Below are positions 31,278 to 43,440 of a DNA stretch of 64,000 bases, piece after piece (position 1 is the first letter of the stretch; each line of letters starts with the position of its first letter). A model generated the notes under the pieces. It worked only from the letters and a program-made list of their open reading frames with translations. It did not search any database and was not told where the DNA came from. The translations under genes were made by a program, and so were the position numbers. Source of the stretch: an uncultured Acidobacteriota bacterium (lineage in GTDB: Bacteria; Acidobacteriota; Thermoanaerobaculia; UBA5066); contig CAVZYA010000001.1 in NCBI GenBank assembly GCA_963779415.1, positions 704,001-768,000 of the forward strand. The letters are read 5' to 3'.

Positions 31278-31958
31278 ATGTCTCCCGACGAGTTCTCCGC
31301 CGTCGCCTCCCTGACCCGCAACTTCTCCGCCGAGCCCGAAGGGTTCCATACCGCCATGGCGCATCTTTACCGCGGCGAGATGCAGCGGATGACGGTATGG
31401 CGAAACCGGCTCGACACGACGAGCAACTGGGCCATCCTCCTGACGACGGGAATGACGACCTTTTCGCTCGGCTCCACGGCCATCCCCCACTACATCCTCC
31501 TCCTCTGCCTGGCGCTGATCGGAATCTGCATGGTGATCGAGGCGCGCCGCTACCGGCACATGCTCCACAGCAAGTGGCGCGTGCATTTCCTCGAGGCGCA
31601 CTACTTCGGCCACCATCTCTGCCCGAGCGAGCCGGTGCCGGACCCGAACTGGAGGTATCGGCTTGCGGAGGACCTGAGAAGACCGGTCCTGCAGACCTCC
31701 TTGCTGATGGCTTTCCGACTCCGGCTGCGGCGCAATTACCTGATGCTCGTCTACTTCATCAGCGCCGTCTGGCTGACCAAGATCTTCCTCCATCCGGTCG
31801 GCGCGAAGACCGTGTACGAGTTCCACGAGCGGCTCGCCGTGGGCGAGATGATCGCGAGCTGGTTCGTCGCCGTCACCGCCGGTCTCTTCGTTCTGACATG
31901 CACGGTGCTTGCGGTGCTGACGCCAAGCGAGGAGAAGCTGGGAGAGGAACCCGGGTAG
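31278..31958 (+). CDS. DUF2270-like integral membrane protein
   Basis: AHLYRGEMQRMTVWRNRLDTTSNWA, IEARRYR, RLRRNY. Confidence 0.8.
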   Translation: MSPDEFSAVASLTRNFSAEPEGFHTAMAHLYRGEMQRMTVWRNRLDTTSNWAILLTTGMTTFSLGSTAIPHYILLLCLALIGICMVIEARRYRHMLHSKWRVHFLEAHYFGHHLCPSEPVPDPNWRYRLAEDLRRPVLQTSLLMAFRLRLRRNYLMLVYFISAVWLTKIFLHPVGAKTVYEFHERLAVGEMIASWFVAVTAGLFVLTCTVLAVLTPSEEKLGEEPG

Positions 31959-31994
31959 CTTCGAGCTCATGGAAGGACGTCGCGCAGCGGACCT

Positions 31995-32107
31995 GTTGAG
32001 AATCGCAACTCGGCGCTGAGTTCCTCAACACATCAACAGTTCGCGAAAAAGCCCGGCAGGCCGAGCATCTTAAAGGTTTGGCCGTTGAGACCGTAGAAAT
32101 ACTCAAC
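31995..32107. promoter_or_regulatory. Repeated GTTGAG-N3-CTCAAC-like palindromes; candidate enhancer sites
   Basis: GTTGAGAATCGCAAC 31995, GCTGAGTTCCTCAAC 32015, GTAGAAATACTCAAC 32093 in an AT-rich intergenic region. Confidence 0.5.
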
Positions 32108-32196
32108 TACGACCGGAATGAACTTCATCATCGCCATTGGCGTGTTGATACTCCAAGTTATTCCTTATGAATTACTTATGACATTTCGCCGCAGGT

Positions 32197-32212
32197 TGGC
32201 TCAGGTAATGCA
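32197..32212 (+). promoter_or_regulatory. Putative sigma-54 promoter (weaker match)
   Basis: TGGCTCAGGTAATGCA, GG-N10-GC, preceded by an AT-rich tract. Confidence 0.55.
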
Positions 32213-32238
32213 CTTACCGGGCTGCCATGAGAAACCCG

Positions 32239-32484
32239 ATGACCTGCCCGTACCTGAAGGAAGTCGTAATGCTCTATTGCGACGCCTGCCCCTTCAAGAA
32301 GATGGTCCCACTGGACCATCTGGTCTCGACGAGCCCCTGCCTGGCGCAGGACTTTCGATCTTGCCGGCATTTCATCGAGGCGATTGCAACGGCCGCTGCC
32401 GCCGTGGCAGCCGCTGCGGGGAAGGAGCCTTCGAACCCGCGCTCCGCTCCCTTTACTCCGTCGAAGGAGGTGAACCCGTCATGA
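32239..32484 (+). CDS. Small Cys-rich protein (alternative start 32227)
   Basis: MTCPYLKEVVMLYCDAC...SPCLAQDFRSC; stop overlaps next ATG. Confidence 0.6.
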   Translation: MTCPYLKEVVMLYCDACPFKKMVPLDHLVSTSPCLAQDFRSCRHFIEAIATAAAAVAAAAGKEPSNPRSAPFTPSKEVNPS

Positions 32485-32588
32485 TCGCCGCCTTTCCTCT
32501 CGCGATTCTCGCGCTCCTGATGCTGGGCTTCCTCCACGTGGCCGCGCGCCCCCACAAGAGACACCTCACCCGCGGATACGCCGGGTGA
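32481..32588 (+). CDS. 35-aa single-TM peptide
   Basis: AAGGAGGTG RBS, ATGA coupling; MIAAFPLAILALLMLGFLHVAARPHKRH... Confidence 0.55.
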   Translation: MIAAFPLAILALLMLGFLHVAARPHKRHLTRGYAG

Positions 32589-32602
32589 CAGGAGTGATCG
32601 AG

Positions 32603-33496
32603 ATGTCTTTCGACCGACGACAGATCCTGAAACTCGCGGCGGCAGCCGGCGCGGCGGCCGCGTTGCCCGGCCCGGACGCCGAGGCGGCCCTCGCGCGTCC
32701 GTCCAAGGACGCCCGCGCGGTCCTCGTCGACACGACGAACTGCGTCGGCTGCCGTACCTGCGAGATGGCCTGCGCGGAGGCCAACAAGCTTCCCGACCCT
32801 GAGAGCGACGTGGACTTCGGATCGCTCCGGACGACGGGGCCAGACCAGTTCACCGTCGTCAACCAGGGGACCATGAAGAGCCCCGGCGGAGACGACCGGT
32901 TCGCGAAGACCCAGTGCATGCACTGCGTCGAGCCGGCCTGTGCCTCGGGCTGCGTCGTCCGCGCCCTCGAGAAGACGCCGGGCGGCCCGGTCGTCTACCA
33001 CGCGGACCGTTGCCTCGGCTGCCGGTACTGCATGGTCGTCTGCCCGTTCGGAGTCCCGAAATACCAGTACTCGAAGGCCGCCCCGATCGTCCGGAAATGT
33101 ACGTTCTGCGCCGAGCGACAGGCGGAAGGGAAGCCCCCGGCGTGCGCGGAGGCCTGTCCCAACAACGCGCTCGTCTTCGGCAGGCGCGCCGACCTCCTCG
33201 AGGAGGCCCGGCGCCGCATCTGGGGAAACCCCGGAAAGTACGTTCCGAAGATCTACGGCGAGGAGGAAGCCGGCGGGACGAGCTGGCTCTACATCAGCGA
33301 CGTCCCGCTCGAGACGCTCCGCCTCCCGCAGGACGTCGTGAAGTCCACCTATCCCGAGATGGCGGACCGCGCTCTCTCGGCCGTCCCCTTCGTCATCACC
33401 CTCTGGCCCCCTCTCCTGATGGGGCTCTGGGCGGCGAGCAAGCGGAACAAGAAGCTGACGGCCACCGGGACGGCACGCGAGGGAGACCATGAGTGA
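32603..33496 (+). CDS. Tat-exported 4x[4Fe-4S] protein (HybA/NrfC-like) with C-terminal TM
   Basis: DRRQILK signal; CVGCRTCEMAC, CMHCVEPACASGC, CLGCRYCMVVCP, KCTFC...PACAEACP. Confidence 0.9.
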   Translation: MSFDRRQILKLAAAAGAAAALPGPDAEAALARPSKDARAVLVDTTNCVGCRTCEMACAEANKLPDPESDVDFGSLRTTGPDQFTVVNQGTMKSPGGDDRFAKTQCMHCVEPACASGCVVRALEKTPGGPVVYHADRCLGCRYCMVVCPFGVPKYQYSKAAPIVRKCTFCAERQAEGKPPACAEACPNNALVFGRRADLLEEARRRIWGNPGKYVPKIYGEEEAGGTSWLYISDVPLETLRLPQDVVKSTYPEMADRALSAVPFVITLWPPLLMGLWAASKRNKKLTATGTAREGDHE

Positions 33497-34718
33497 GAAC
33501 GTCGTCCCCGCGGGAACGGGCGGCTTCTCCGTCGTTCGCGAAAAGCTCCTCCTCGGCCTCACGCCGAGGGAGTACCTCCGGAGCCTCCTGACGCCCGCCA
33601 ACATCCTGATCACCGCGATTCTCGCGGCCGGGATCCCCTGCCTCGTCCTCCGCTTCGCTAAAGGGCTGGGCGCCGTCACGAATCTCTCGCAGTCCTACCC
33701 GTGGGGCCTCTGGGTCGCCTTCGACGTCATCAGCGGCGTCGCGCTGGCGGCCGGCGGCTACACGGTGGCCTGCGCCGTCTTCATCTTCGGCCAGAAGCTC
33801 TATCTCCCCGTCCTTAGGGCCGCGATCCTGACGGGCTTCCTCGGCTATGTCCTCGTCCTCGTCGGCCTCATCGTCGACCTCGGCCAGCCGTGGCGCCTCC
33901 CCTACCAGTTCTTCCTGACGCCCGGCACGACGGCGGTGATGTACGAGGTCGGCTGGTGCGTCTTCCTCTACCTGATCGTCCTCGCCCTCGAGTTCGCCCC
34001 GACGGCCCTGGAGTGGCTGGGCCTCGACAAGCTGCGCAGGATCCTCGGCCGGGTGACGATCGCCATCATCGTCCTCGGCGTCACTCTCTCGACGCTCCAC
34101 CAGTCCTCCCTCGGAGCCTTCTTCCTGATGGCCCCGGGCAAGCTCCACCCGCTCTGGTATTCGCCATACCTCCCCGTCTTCTTCTTCATCTCCAGCATCG
34201 CGGCGGGGATCGGGATGGTGATCTTCGAGAGCACGGTGTCGCACCGGGTCTTCCAGGACCGCCTCGAGCCGAAAGCGCACGTCGACATCGACGGCATCAC
34301 CCTCGGGCTCTCGCGGGCCGGCGCTCTCGTCCTCTTCGCCTACTTCTTCATCCGGCTGCAGGGCCTCGCCGGCTCGGGCCGCTGGGACCTCCTCGCGACG
34401 GGCTGGGGCGCCTGGTGGGGCCTCGAGATGTTCGGCTTCGTCCTCCTGCCGTCGCTCCTCTTCGCGAACGCCGTGCGTCTCGCCGACGTGAAGCTCGCCC
34501 GGATCGCGGCCGTCCTGACGGTTCTCGGCGTCCTCCTGAACCGCTTCAACGTCTCCCTCATCGCGTTCAACTGGACGCTCCCGAACCGCTACGTGCCGGC
34601 CGCCGCGGAAGTCCTGATCTCCCTGACGATCGTCACGATCGGCGTCGTCATCTTCCGCTGGATCGTCAACCGGATGCCGGTCCTCGCCGGGCACCTCGAC
34701 CAGCGCGGTTCGCACTGA
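33489..34718 (+). CDS. NrfD/PsrC-family membrane subunit (HybB-like)
   Basis: YPWGLW, GVALAAGG, DLGQPWR, LSTLHQSSLG, LHPLWYSP, LNRFN. Confidence 0.9.
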   Translation: MSENVVPAGTGGFSVVREKLLLGLTPREYLRSLLTPANILITAILAAGIPCLVLRFAKGLGAVTNLSQSYPWGLWVAFDVISGVALAAGGYTVACAVFIFGQKLYLPVLRAAILTGFLGYVLVLVGLIVDLGQPWRLPYQFFLTPGTTAVMYEVGWCVFLYLIVLALEFAPTALEWLGLDKLRRILGRVTIAIIVLGVTLSTLHQSSLGAFFLMAPGKLHPLWYSPYLPVFFFISSIAAGIGMVIFESTVSHRVFQDRLEPKAHVDIDGITLGLSRAGALVLFAYFFIRLQGLAGSGRWDLLATGWGAWWGLEMFGFVLLPSLLFANAVRLADVKLARIAAVLTVLGVLLNRFNVSLIAFNWTLPNRYVPAAAEVLISLTIVTIGVVIFRWIVNRMPVLAGHLDQRGSH

Positions 34719-34728
34719 GGAGGCCGCC

Positions 34729-35409
34729 ATGAACGAATACGAGCTTCTCAGCCCGCACGCGACGAAGGCGATCGAATACGGCATCGCCATCGCCTACCTC
34801 CTCCTCTTCATCCCCTACTGGCGCCTCCTGAACGCTCCGTCCCGCTCCCGGGCGGCTTCCGGGTCCTGGCGGTTCGCGGAGTGGTTCTACGTCCCCGAAG
34901 GCATCTTCCTGCACAAGGGGCACGCCTGGGCGCGCCCCGAGCCCCCCGGCGTCGCCGTGGGCCTCGACGATTTCGTGCACGACTTCATCGGGACGATCGA
35001 GGCCGTCGACCTTCCCACCCCCGGCCAGAGGATCAAGCAGGGGCGCAAGGCCTTCGGCATCCGAGCGGGCGGGAAGAGCTTCGAGCTCCGCGCCCCCGTG
35101 AGCGGAACGGTGACCGGCGTGAACGAACGGGCGCTCGCCGATCCCGGCGGGCTTCACGCCGATCCCTACGGCGCGGGCTGGCTCTTCCGCGTGAAGCCGG
35201 ACCGACTCGATCCGAACCTGAAATCTCTCTTCTCGCGAGGGGCCGCGCGGAGGTTCCTCGCCGAGGCGACGGAGTCCCTCTACCTCGCCTTCCATCCCGA
35301 CGCCCTCTCGCTCGCGCAGGACGGCGGCCTCCTCGTCCACGGGATCGCCCGCGAGCTCGACCCGGAGCACTGGGACGACCTCGTCCGGTCGAGCCTTCTC
35401 ACGCGCTGA
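34729..35409 (+). CDS. Membrane-anchored glycine-cleavage-H-like protein
   Basis: N-terminal TM; GHAWAR, VGLDDF, LPTPG, APVSGTVTGVN, DPYGAGWL; no ESxK motif. Confidence 0.8.
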   Translation: MNEYELLSPHATKAIEYGIAIAYLLLFIPYWRLLNAPSRSRAASGSWRFAEWFYVPEGIFLHKGHAWARPEPPGVAVGLDDFVHDFIGTIEAVDLPTPGQRIKQGRKAFGIRAGGKSFELRAPVSGTVTGVNERALADPGGLHADPYGAGWLFRVKPDRLDPNLKSLFSRGAARRFLAEATESLYLAFHPDALSLAQDGGLLVHGIARELDPEHWDDLVRSSLLTR

Positions 35410-35426
35410 AGAAAAGGAGCTCTGCC

Positions 35427-36176
35427 ATGTCGACCCTCATCGAAATCTTCCAGGACGCCGCGATCTTCCTCGGCGGTCTCTCCGTGAGGCTCCTTTTCTT
35501 CCTCGCCGTGCTGGCCGTCTTCCTGATTCCGGTCCTCGCGGTCTTCTACTCCATCGAGGGGATCAAGACCCTCCGGAAGCGGAGCGACGGCAGCACGGAA
35601 GTCATCGGCGGTGTCCGGATCATCCCCCGCCGCCGCTACGCCCCGGGCCACGTGTGGCTCGGACGGCGCCTCCTCGGCGGGCTCCGGGTCGGCCTCGACG
35701 ACCTGGCCCAGCGGCTCTTCCCGAACCTCTCGGCCGTGGAGCTTCCGAAGCCGGGGCGCCTTCTGCGGAAGGGCGAGCCGGCCATCTACCTCCGCTCCGA
35801 AGAGCGCGAGGCGTGGATCCCGTCGCCGATCACGGGCCTCGTCGTCGCCGTCAATCACGCCGTCGAGCGGATGCCGGGGCTTATGAACGCGTCACCGTAC
35901 GGCGGCGGCTGGCTCTTCGCGATGCGCCCTGCGACGATCAGCTATCGCGAGTTTCCCACCGGATCGTCGGCCCGGACCTGGTTCCGGGCCGAGGAGGACC
36001 GCCTCCGGCATACGCTCGAGCATGAGCTCGGCCTTGCCCCGGCCGACGGCGGCCAGCTGATCGATCACCCCGCCACGCTTCTCCCGAACGATCGCTGGGA
36101 GCACGTCGTCACGTCGTTCCTCGGCGGGACCATTCCGAAAGTGGCCGAAGAGGGCCCGGAGAAGAACCCCGCTTAA
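35427..36176 (+). CDS. Second membrane-anchored glycine-cleavage-H-like protein
   Basis: AAGGAG RBS; TM; GHVWL, VGLDDLA, SPITGLVVAVN, SPYGGGWL; no lipoyl Lys. Confidence 0.8.
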   Translation: MSTLIEIFQDAAIFLGGLSVRLLFFLAVLAVFLIPVLAVFYSIEGIKTLRKRSDGSTEVIGGVRIIPRRRYAPGHVWLGRRLLGGLRVGLDDLAQRLFPNLSAVELPKPGRLLRKGEPAIYLRSEEREAWIPSPITGLVVAVNHAVERMPGLMNASPYGGGWLFAMRPATISYREFPTGSSARTWFRAEEDRLRHTLEHELGLAPADGGQLIDHPATLLPNDRWEHVVTSFLGGTIPKVAEEGPEKNPA

Positions 36177-36331
36177 GAGGCCTCGCTGCACCCGCACTCA
36201 AGTACGCCGACGTCATCGGCCGCGGAAGTTACTTCCGGGCCGATGACGGTCTTGGGCCGGCGTCGGCTTTTCGCCCACGCGGAGAGCCGGGTTACCATAG
36301 ATGTACGCCTCGGGAACAAGATGCTCCTACG

Positions 36332-37321
<990 letters not shown>

Positions 37322-37511
37322 GGAACGCCCCCCGCTTCCCTCACCACGTAAACCGGAGCGCCGGCGAACGCCCGTCGATCAGCAGACTGTAGAAATGGGA
37401 CCTGACCCTACTGAACGCTGGTGCTCTTCCTCCCGTTCGGCGCGTCCGTCGGCTCGCGTAGGATCCGGACCGGAGCCTCGAGCGAAGAGGAGCCCGGGAG
37501 GAGCGACGGAG

Positions 37512-37931
37512 ATGAAGAGGAACGCGGCCGAAGGCACCACGTCTCCTTCCCGCCTGATCGACGCGAGGATCAGGGAGCTGGGCGACTGGCGAGGGGAGAT
37601 GCTCAGCCGGCTCCGGTCCCTGATCAGGGAGGCCGACCCCGACGGCGTCGAAGAATGGAAGTGGAACGTCCCGGTCTGGTCGCACGACGGGATCCTCTGC
37701 ACGGGCGAGACGCACAAGAGCGTCGTGAAGCTGACCTTCGCCAGGGGGGCGGCCCTCGAGGACCCGTCGCGCCTCTTCAACTCGAGTCTCGGGGGAAACA
37801 CCCGGCGGGCCATCGATTTCCGCGAGGGAGAGAAGATCGACGGGAAGGCCCTGAAGGCCCTGGTCCGCGCCGCCGTGGCGCTGAACGGCATCGTCAAGCC
37901 GCCCAGGAAAGCGAGTGCCCGAAGGGGATGA
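37512..37931 (+). CDS. DUF1801 (YdhG-like) protein
   Basis: LGDWRGE, EEWKWNVPVW, VKLTFARGAALEDP, FNSSL. Confidence 0.85.
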   Translation: MKRNAAEGTTSPSRLIDARIRELGDWRGEMLSRLRSLIREADPDGVEEWKWNVPVWSHDGILCTGETHKSVVKLTFARGAALEDPSRLFNSSLGGNTRRAIDFREGEKIDGKALKALVRAAVALNGIVKPPRKASARRG

Positions 37932-37938
37932 GGACGTC

Positions 37939-38304
37939 ATGAGGATCCACTACCTCGAGATCGTCACGCGGGAGGTCGACGCCGTGTGCGGGGCCTATGC
38001 AGCCGCGAACGGCGTCCGATTCGGCGAGCCGGACCCGCGGCTTGGCAACGCGCGGACGGCCGAGCTCTCGGGAGGCGGCCTCGTGGGAGTCCGGGCGCCG
38101 CTGCACGAGTCGGAGCAGCCGGTCGTCCGCTCCTACTGGCTGGTCGACGACATCGAGGCGGCGTTCGGCGCGGCCTTGAAGGCCGGCGCCGAGGTCGCCC
38201 ACCCTCCGCTGGAGATCCCGGGCCTCGGATGGTTCGCGATCTACGCAAGGGGCGGAATCCACCACGGGCTCTGGCAGCTCTCCCGTCGCGGCGGCGAGGC
38301 CTGA
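37939..38304 (+). CDS. VOC/glyoxalase-family protein
   Basis: IHYLEIVT, YWLVDDIE, PPLEIPGLGWFAI, HGLWQ. Confidence 0.8.
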   Translation: MRIHYLEIVTREVDAVCGAYAAANGVRFGEPDPRLGNARTAELSGGGLVGVRAPLHESEQPVVRSYWLVDDIEAAFGAALKAGAEVAHPPLEIPGLGWFAIYARGGIHHGLWQLSRRGGEA

Positions 38305-38369
38305 CCCGGGCGCGGCTCGGCGAGGTTCGGATGCGCCACCGCCCGGCCGGTATCATCCCATCCAGACCG

Positions 38370-38918
38370 ATGCCGACCTTCGTCGCTCTTCTGCGCGGCG
38401 TGAACGTGGGGGGCGCCAAGCGCGTGCCGATGGCGGAGCTGAAGAAGCTGCTCGAGGGGCTCGGTTATTCGGACGTCGTGACGCTGCTGAACAGCGGCAA
38501 CGCGGTCTTCCGCACCGCCGGCTCCCCCTCCCGGCTCGCCGCGACGATCGCCGGGGAGATTGAGGCGAAGATGGACGTCGAGGTGCCGGTCGTCGTCAAG
38601 TCGGCCGGGGAGCTTTCGGTCATCGTCTCGGAGAATCCCATTTCCGTGCCGGACGCGGATCAGGCCCGGCTCCTCGTCGCCTTTGCCCGGAACGCGGCCG
38701 CGCTCTCGACCCTTCGGCCCATCGGGTCGCTCGTCGCCCCTCCCGAGCGATTCGCCCTCGGCGCGCACGCGGCGTACCTCTACTCCCCCTTCGGAAGCCT
38801 GAAGAGCGAAGCGGGAAAGGCACTGCTCGGGAGGGCCGGCCGGGCCGCCACGACGCGAAACTGGAAGACGGTCCTGAAACTCCAGGAGCTCGCGGACTCC
38901 ATCGGCGGACGCCGCTGA
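38370..38918 (+). CDS. DUF1697 protein
   Basis: VALLRGVNVGG, LNSGNAVF, TTRNWKT. Confidence 0.88.
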   Translation: MPTFVALLRGVNVGGAKRVPMAELKKLLEGLGYSDVVTLLNSGNAVFRTAGSPSRLAATIAGEIEAKMDVEVPVVVKSAGELSVIVSENPISVPDADQARLLVAFARNAAALSTLRPIGSLVAPPERFALGAHAAYLYSPFGSLKSEAGKALLGRAGRAATTRNWKTVLKLQELADSIGGRR

Positions 38919-39074
38919 GCCGGGAGCGCGTCAGCGCCCCCTGACGGAAACCCGCGAGGCCTCGCGGGTACCCGCGCGTACAAGCAGCGGCCTCGCCCCC
39001 CCTCCGCCGGCGCCCGCCTCCGATTCCCCGCGCCAATCGACGATTCATCGTACAGCTTCCGATTGATTTCGAGC

Positions 39075-39090
39075 TGGCCGGGCGATTGCG
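39075..39090 (+). promoter_or_regulatory. Putative sigma-54 promoter of hydrogenase operon
   Basis: TGGCCGGGCGATTGCG (GG-N10-GC), about 20 bp before first ORF. Confidence 0.6.
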
Positions 39091-39108
39091 AAGTGTTCCG
39101 CAGCCAAC

Positions 39109-39369
39109 ATGCACGAACCTTCCGATACCCAGACGCTTCTGCTCCGGGGCGAGGTGATCGAGGTCTCCCAGAGGTCCGGGCGCCGCACTCTGACCGTGGC
39201 CCTCGAGCCCCACAGCCTCGTCGCGTCGAACGGAGTCCCCGAGGACACCCATCTGGGCGATCACGTGCGCGTCGAGGCCGAGATCCGCGTCGTCAACGTC
39301 GCCCCCGAGCTGCCGCCGGACCGCCGGGACGCCGGGTGGCGACGGGGCCGAAAAGTCGAGGAGGAGTGA
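39109..39369 (+). CDS. Small hypothetical beta-rich protein leading the hydrogenase operon
   Basis: 86-aa ORF whose stop overlaps the small-subunit ATG (TGATG). Confidence 0.5.
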   Translation: MHEPSDTQTLLLRGEVIEVSQRSGRRTLTVALEPHSLVASNGVPEDTHLGDHVRVEAEIRVVNVAPELPPDRRDAGWRRGRKVEEE

Positions 39370-40506
39370 TGAGCGACAAGAGGCTGACCATCTGGGAGCA
39401 GGCCCGGCTGAGCGGCTACTCGCGGCGCGATTTCGTGCAGTTCTGCAGATGGATGGCGGCGGCCGCGGGCATCGAGCATGGCGCCCTCGGCGCCGTCGTG
39501 AAGGCGATGGAGACCAAGCCGCCGCCTGCCCGTCGTCTGGTTCCACTTCCAGGAATGCACCTGCTGCAGCGAGTCGTTCATCCGGTCGTCTCACCCGATC
39601 GTGGCGCGACATCGTCCTGGACAAGATCTCGCTCGACTACACCGAGACGCTGCAGGCCGCGGCCGGCGCACCAGGCCGAGGAGGCACTTCACGACACGAT
39701 GAAGAAGTACAAGGGGCAGTACCTGATGCTCGTCGAGGGGTCGGTCCCGACCGCCGACGGCGGCGTCTACTGCTGCATCGCGGGACGGACCGCACTCGAC
39801 ATCGTGAAGGAGGCGGCGGCCGACGCCAAGGCCATCGTCGCGTGGGGCAAGCTGCGCGTCGAACGGCTGCATCCAGGCCGCCAGCCCGAACCCGACGAGC
39901 GCCACGCCGGTCCACGAGATCATCATCGGGCAAGCCGATCATCAACGTCCCCGGCTGCCCGCCGATCGCCGAGGTGATGGCGGGGACGATCGTCCACCTC
40001 CTCGCCTTCGACCGCATCCCGCAGCTCGACGGCCTCGGCCGGCCGAAGGCGTTCTACTCGCGGCGGGTCCACGACACCTGCTACCGCCGGCCGAACTACG
40101 ACGCCGGGCTCTTCGTCGAGTCGTTCGACGACGAGAACGCCAGGCGCGGCTACTGCCTCTACAAGATGGGCTGCCGCGGCCCGGTGACCTACAACTCGTG
40201 CGGCGTCATCCGCTGGAACAACGGCGTCAGCTACCCGATCCAGTCGGGGCACGGCTGCATCGGCTGCAGCGAGGCGAAGTTCTGGGACAACGGCCCCTTC
40301 TACCGCCATCTCCCGAACTTCCCGGGCTTCGGCATCGAGACGACGGCCGACAAGGTCGGCATCGCCGTCGGGGCGGCCGCGGCCGTCGGGCATCGCGGCC
40401 CATGCCGTGACCACGAACGTCGGCAAGCGCAAGCAGATCCGCCAGGGCATCGAGAGGAGCGACCGGTCACCCGAAGACGTGACCGGTCCGCACAAGGGAG
40501 GACGCC

Positions 40507-40510
<4 letters not shown>
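39369..40510 (+). CDS. hyaA: [NiFe] uptake hydrogenase small subunit, group 1d-like; several frameshifts
   Basis: Tat SRRDFVQF; across frames [58 protein letters not shown]; end approximate. Confidence 0.85.
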
Positions 40511-42246
<1,736 letters not shown>

Positions 42247-42257
42247 GGGAGGCGCCC

Positions 42258-42945
42258 ATGAGGCAACGACGACGATCCGGCGCGTCTACGTCTGGGAGCT
42301 GCCGGTCCGCCTCTACCACTGGGTGAACGCGCTCTGCGTGGTCGTGCTCTGCGTCGACCGGCTACCTCATCGGCAGCCGCTCGCGATCCGAGCGCGCGCG
42401 CGAGGCGTCGTTCAGCTACTGGTTCGGCACCGTCCGGTTCATCCACTTCGTGGCCGCGTTCGTGTTCTTCTTCAACTTCGTCGTCCGCATCTACTGGGGC
42501 TTCGTCGGCAACCATGGTCACGCTGGCCAACTTCCTCCCCTTCCGCAGGCCCAGCGTCCGCGAGGCCGTCGAGGTGCTGAAGGTCGACATCCTCCAGGCC
42601 AACGCGTCGAAGCCGATCGAGTCGGTCGGGCACAACGCCGCTCGCCGGGTTCACCTACTTCCTGACCTTCCTGGCGTTCCTGTTCCAGAGTCGTGACGCG
42701 GGTTCGGCCTGTACGCCGCGATGAGCAAGTCGTGGCTGCCGCAGCCTGTTCGCCTGGATCGTGCCGCTGATGGGAGGCGATTTCGCGGTGCGGCAGTGGC
42801 ACCACATGACATGTGGTTCTTCATCGTCTTCGCGATGGTCCACGTCTACCTCGTCTTCTACCACGACTACGTCGAGGGGCGCGGCGTCATCTCGTCGATG
42901 GCGGGCGGGTGGAAGTTCGTCGAGAGGCCGGCGGAGAAGCCGTGA
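42258..42945 (+). CDS. hyaC: Hydrogenase cytochrome b subunit; frameshifted
   Basis: [33 protein letters not shown]...HVY...[10 protein letters not shown]. Confidence 0.85.
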
Positions 42946-43421
42946 GCGGGGACCGGCCGGCGGAGAGTGCCCGGCCGGTCCTGGTCCTGGGCGTCGGGAA
43001 CGTCCTTCTCGGCGACGAGGGGGCGGGTATTCACGCCGTGCGCCGGCTGGAGGAGGAAGAATGGCCGCCGCACGTGACCCTTCTCGACGGCGGAACGGGG
43101 GGCTTCCACCTCCTCTCGCTCTTCCAGGAGTACGAGCGAATCGTCCTCATCGATGCCACCATGGACGGCAAGCCCCCCGGCACCGTCCGGATCATCCGCC
43201 CCCGATTCGCCTCGGACTACCCGAAGACCCTCAGTGCCCACGACATCGGCCTGAAGGATCTCGTCGAGTCGGCCGCGCTGCTCGGCCACACCCCCGATGT
43301 CGTCCTGATCGTCGTCTCCGTCGAGACGCTTCCCGAGGGCCTCCGCGCCGAGCTGAGCCCCGAAGTCGCCGCCTCCCTCCCCCGCGTCGCGGAATTGGTG
43401 CGGGAGGTGGTGGAGACGTGA
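42942..43421 (+). CDS. hyaD: Hydrogenase maturation protease
   Basis: LGVGNVLLGDEGAG, LDGGT, LIDA, SAHDIG. Confidence 0.9.
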   Translation: MSGDRPAESARPVLVLGVGNVLLGDEGAGIHAVRRLEEEEWPPHVTLLDGGTGGFHLLSLFQEYERIVLIDATMDGKPPGTVRIIRPRFASDYPKTLSAHDIGLKDLVESAALLGHTPDVVLIVVSVETLPEGLRAELSPEVAASLPRVAELVREVVET

Positions 43422-43440
43422 GAGTCTCCGAAGGACCAAA

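Noticed and set aside
32603-34718. Calling the pair dsrOP or hybAB
   Set aside because: Same families, but not adjacent to dsrJ or to hybO/hybC; orthology cannot be established from sequence reading alone.
34729-36176. Glycine cleavage system or sHdr/LbpA sulfur oxidation
   Set aside because: No gcvP/T/L, shdr or lipoate ligase genes in the window, and lipoylation motifs are degenerate.
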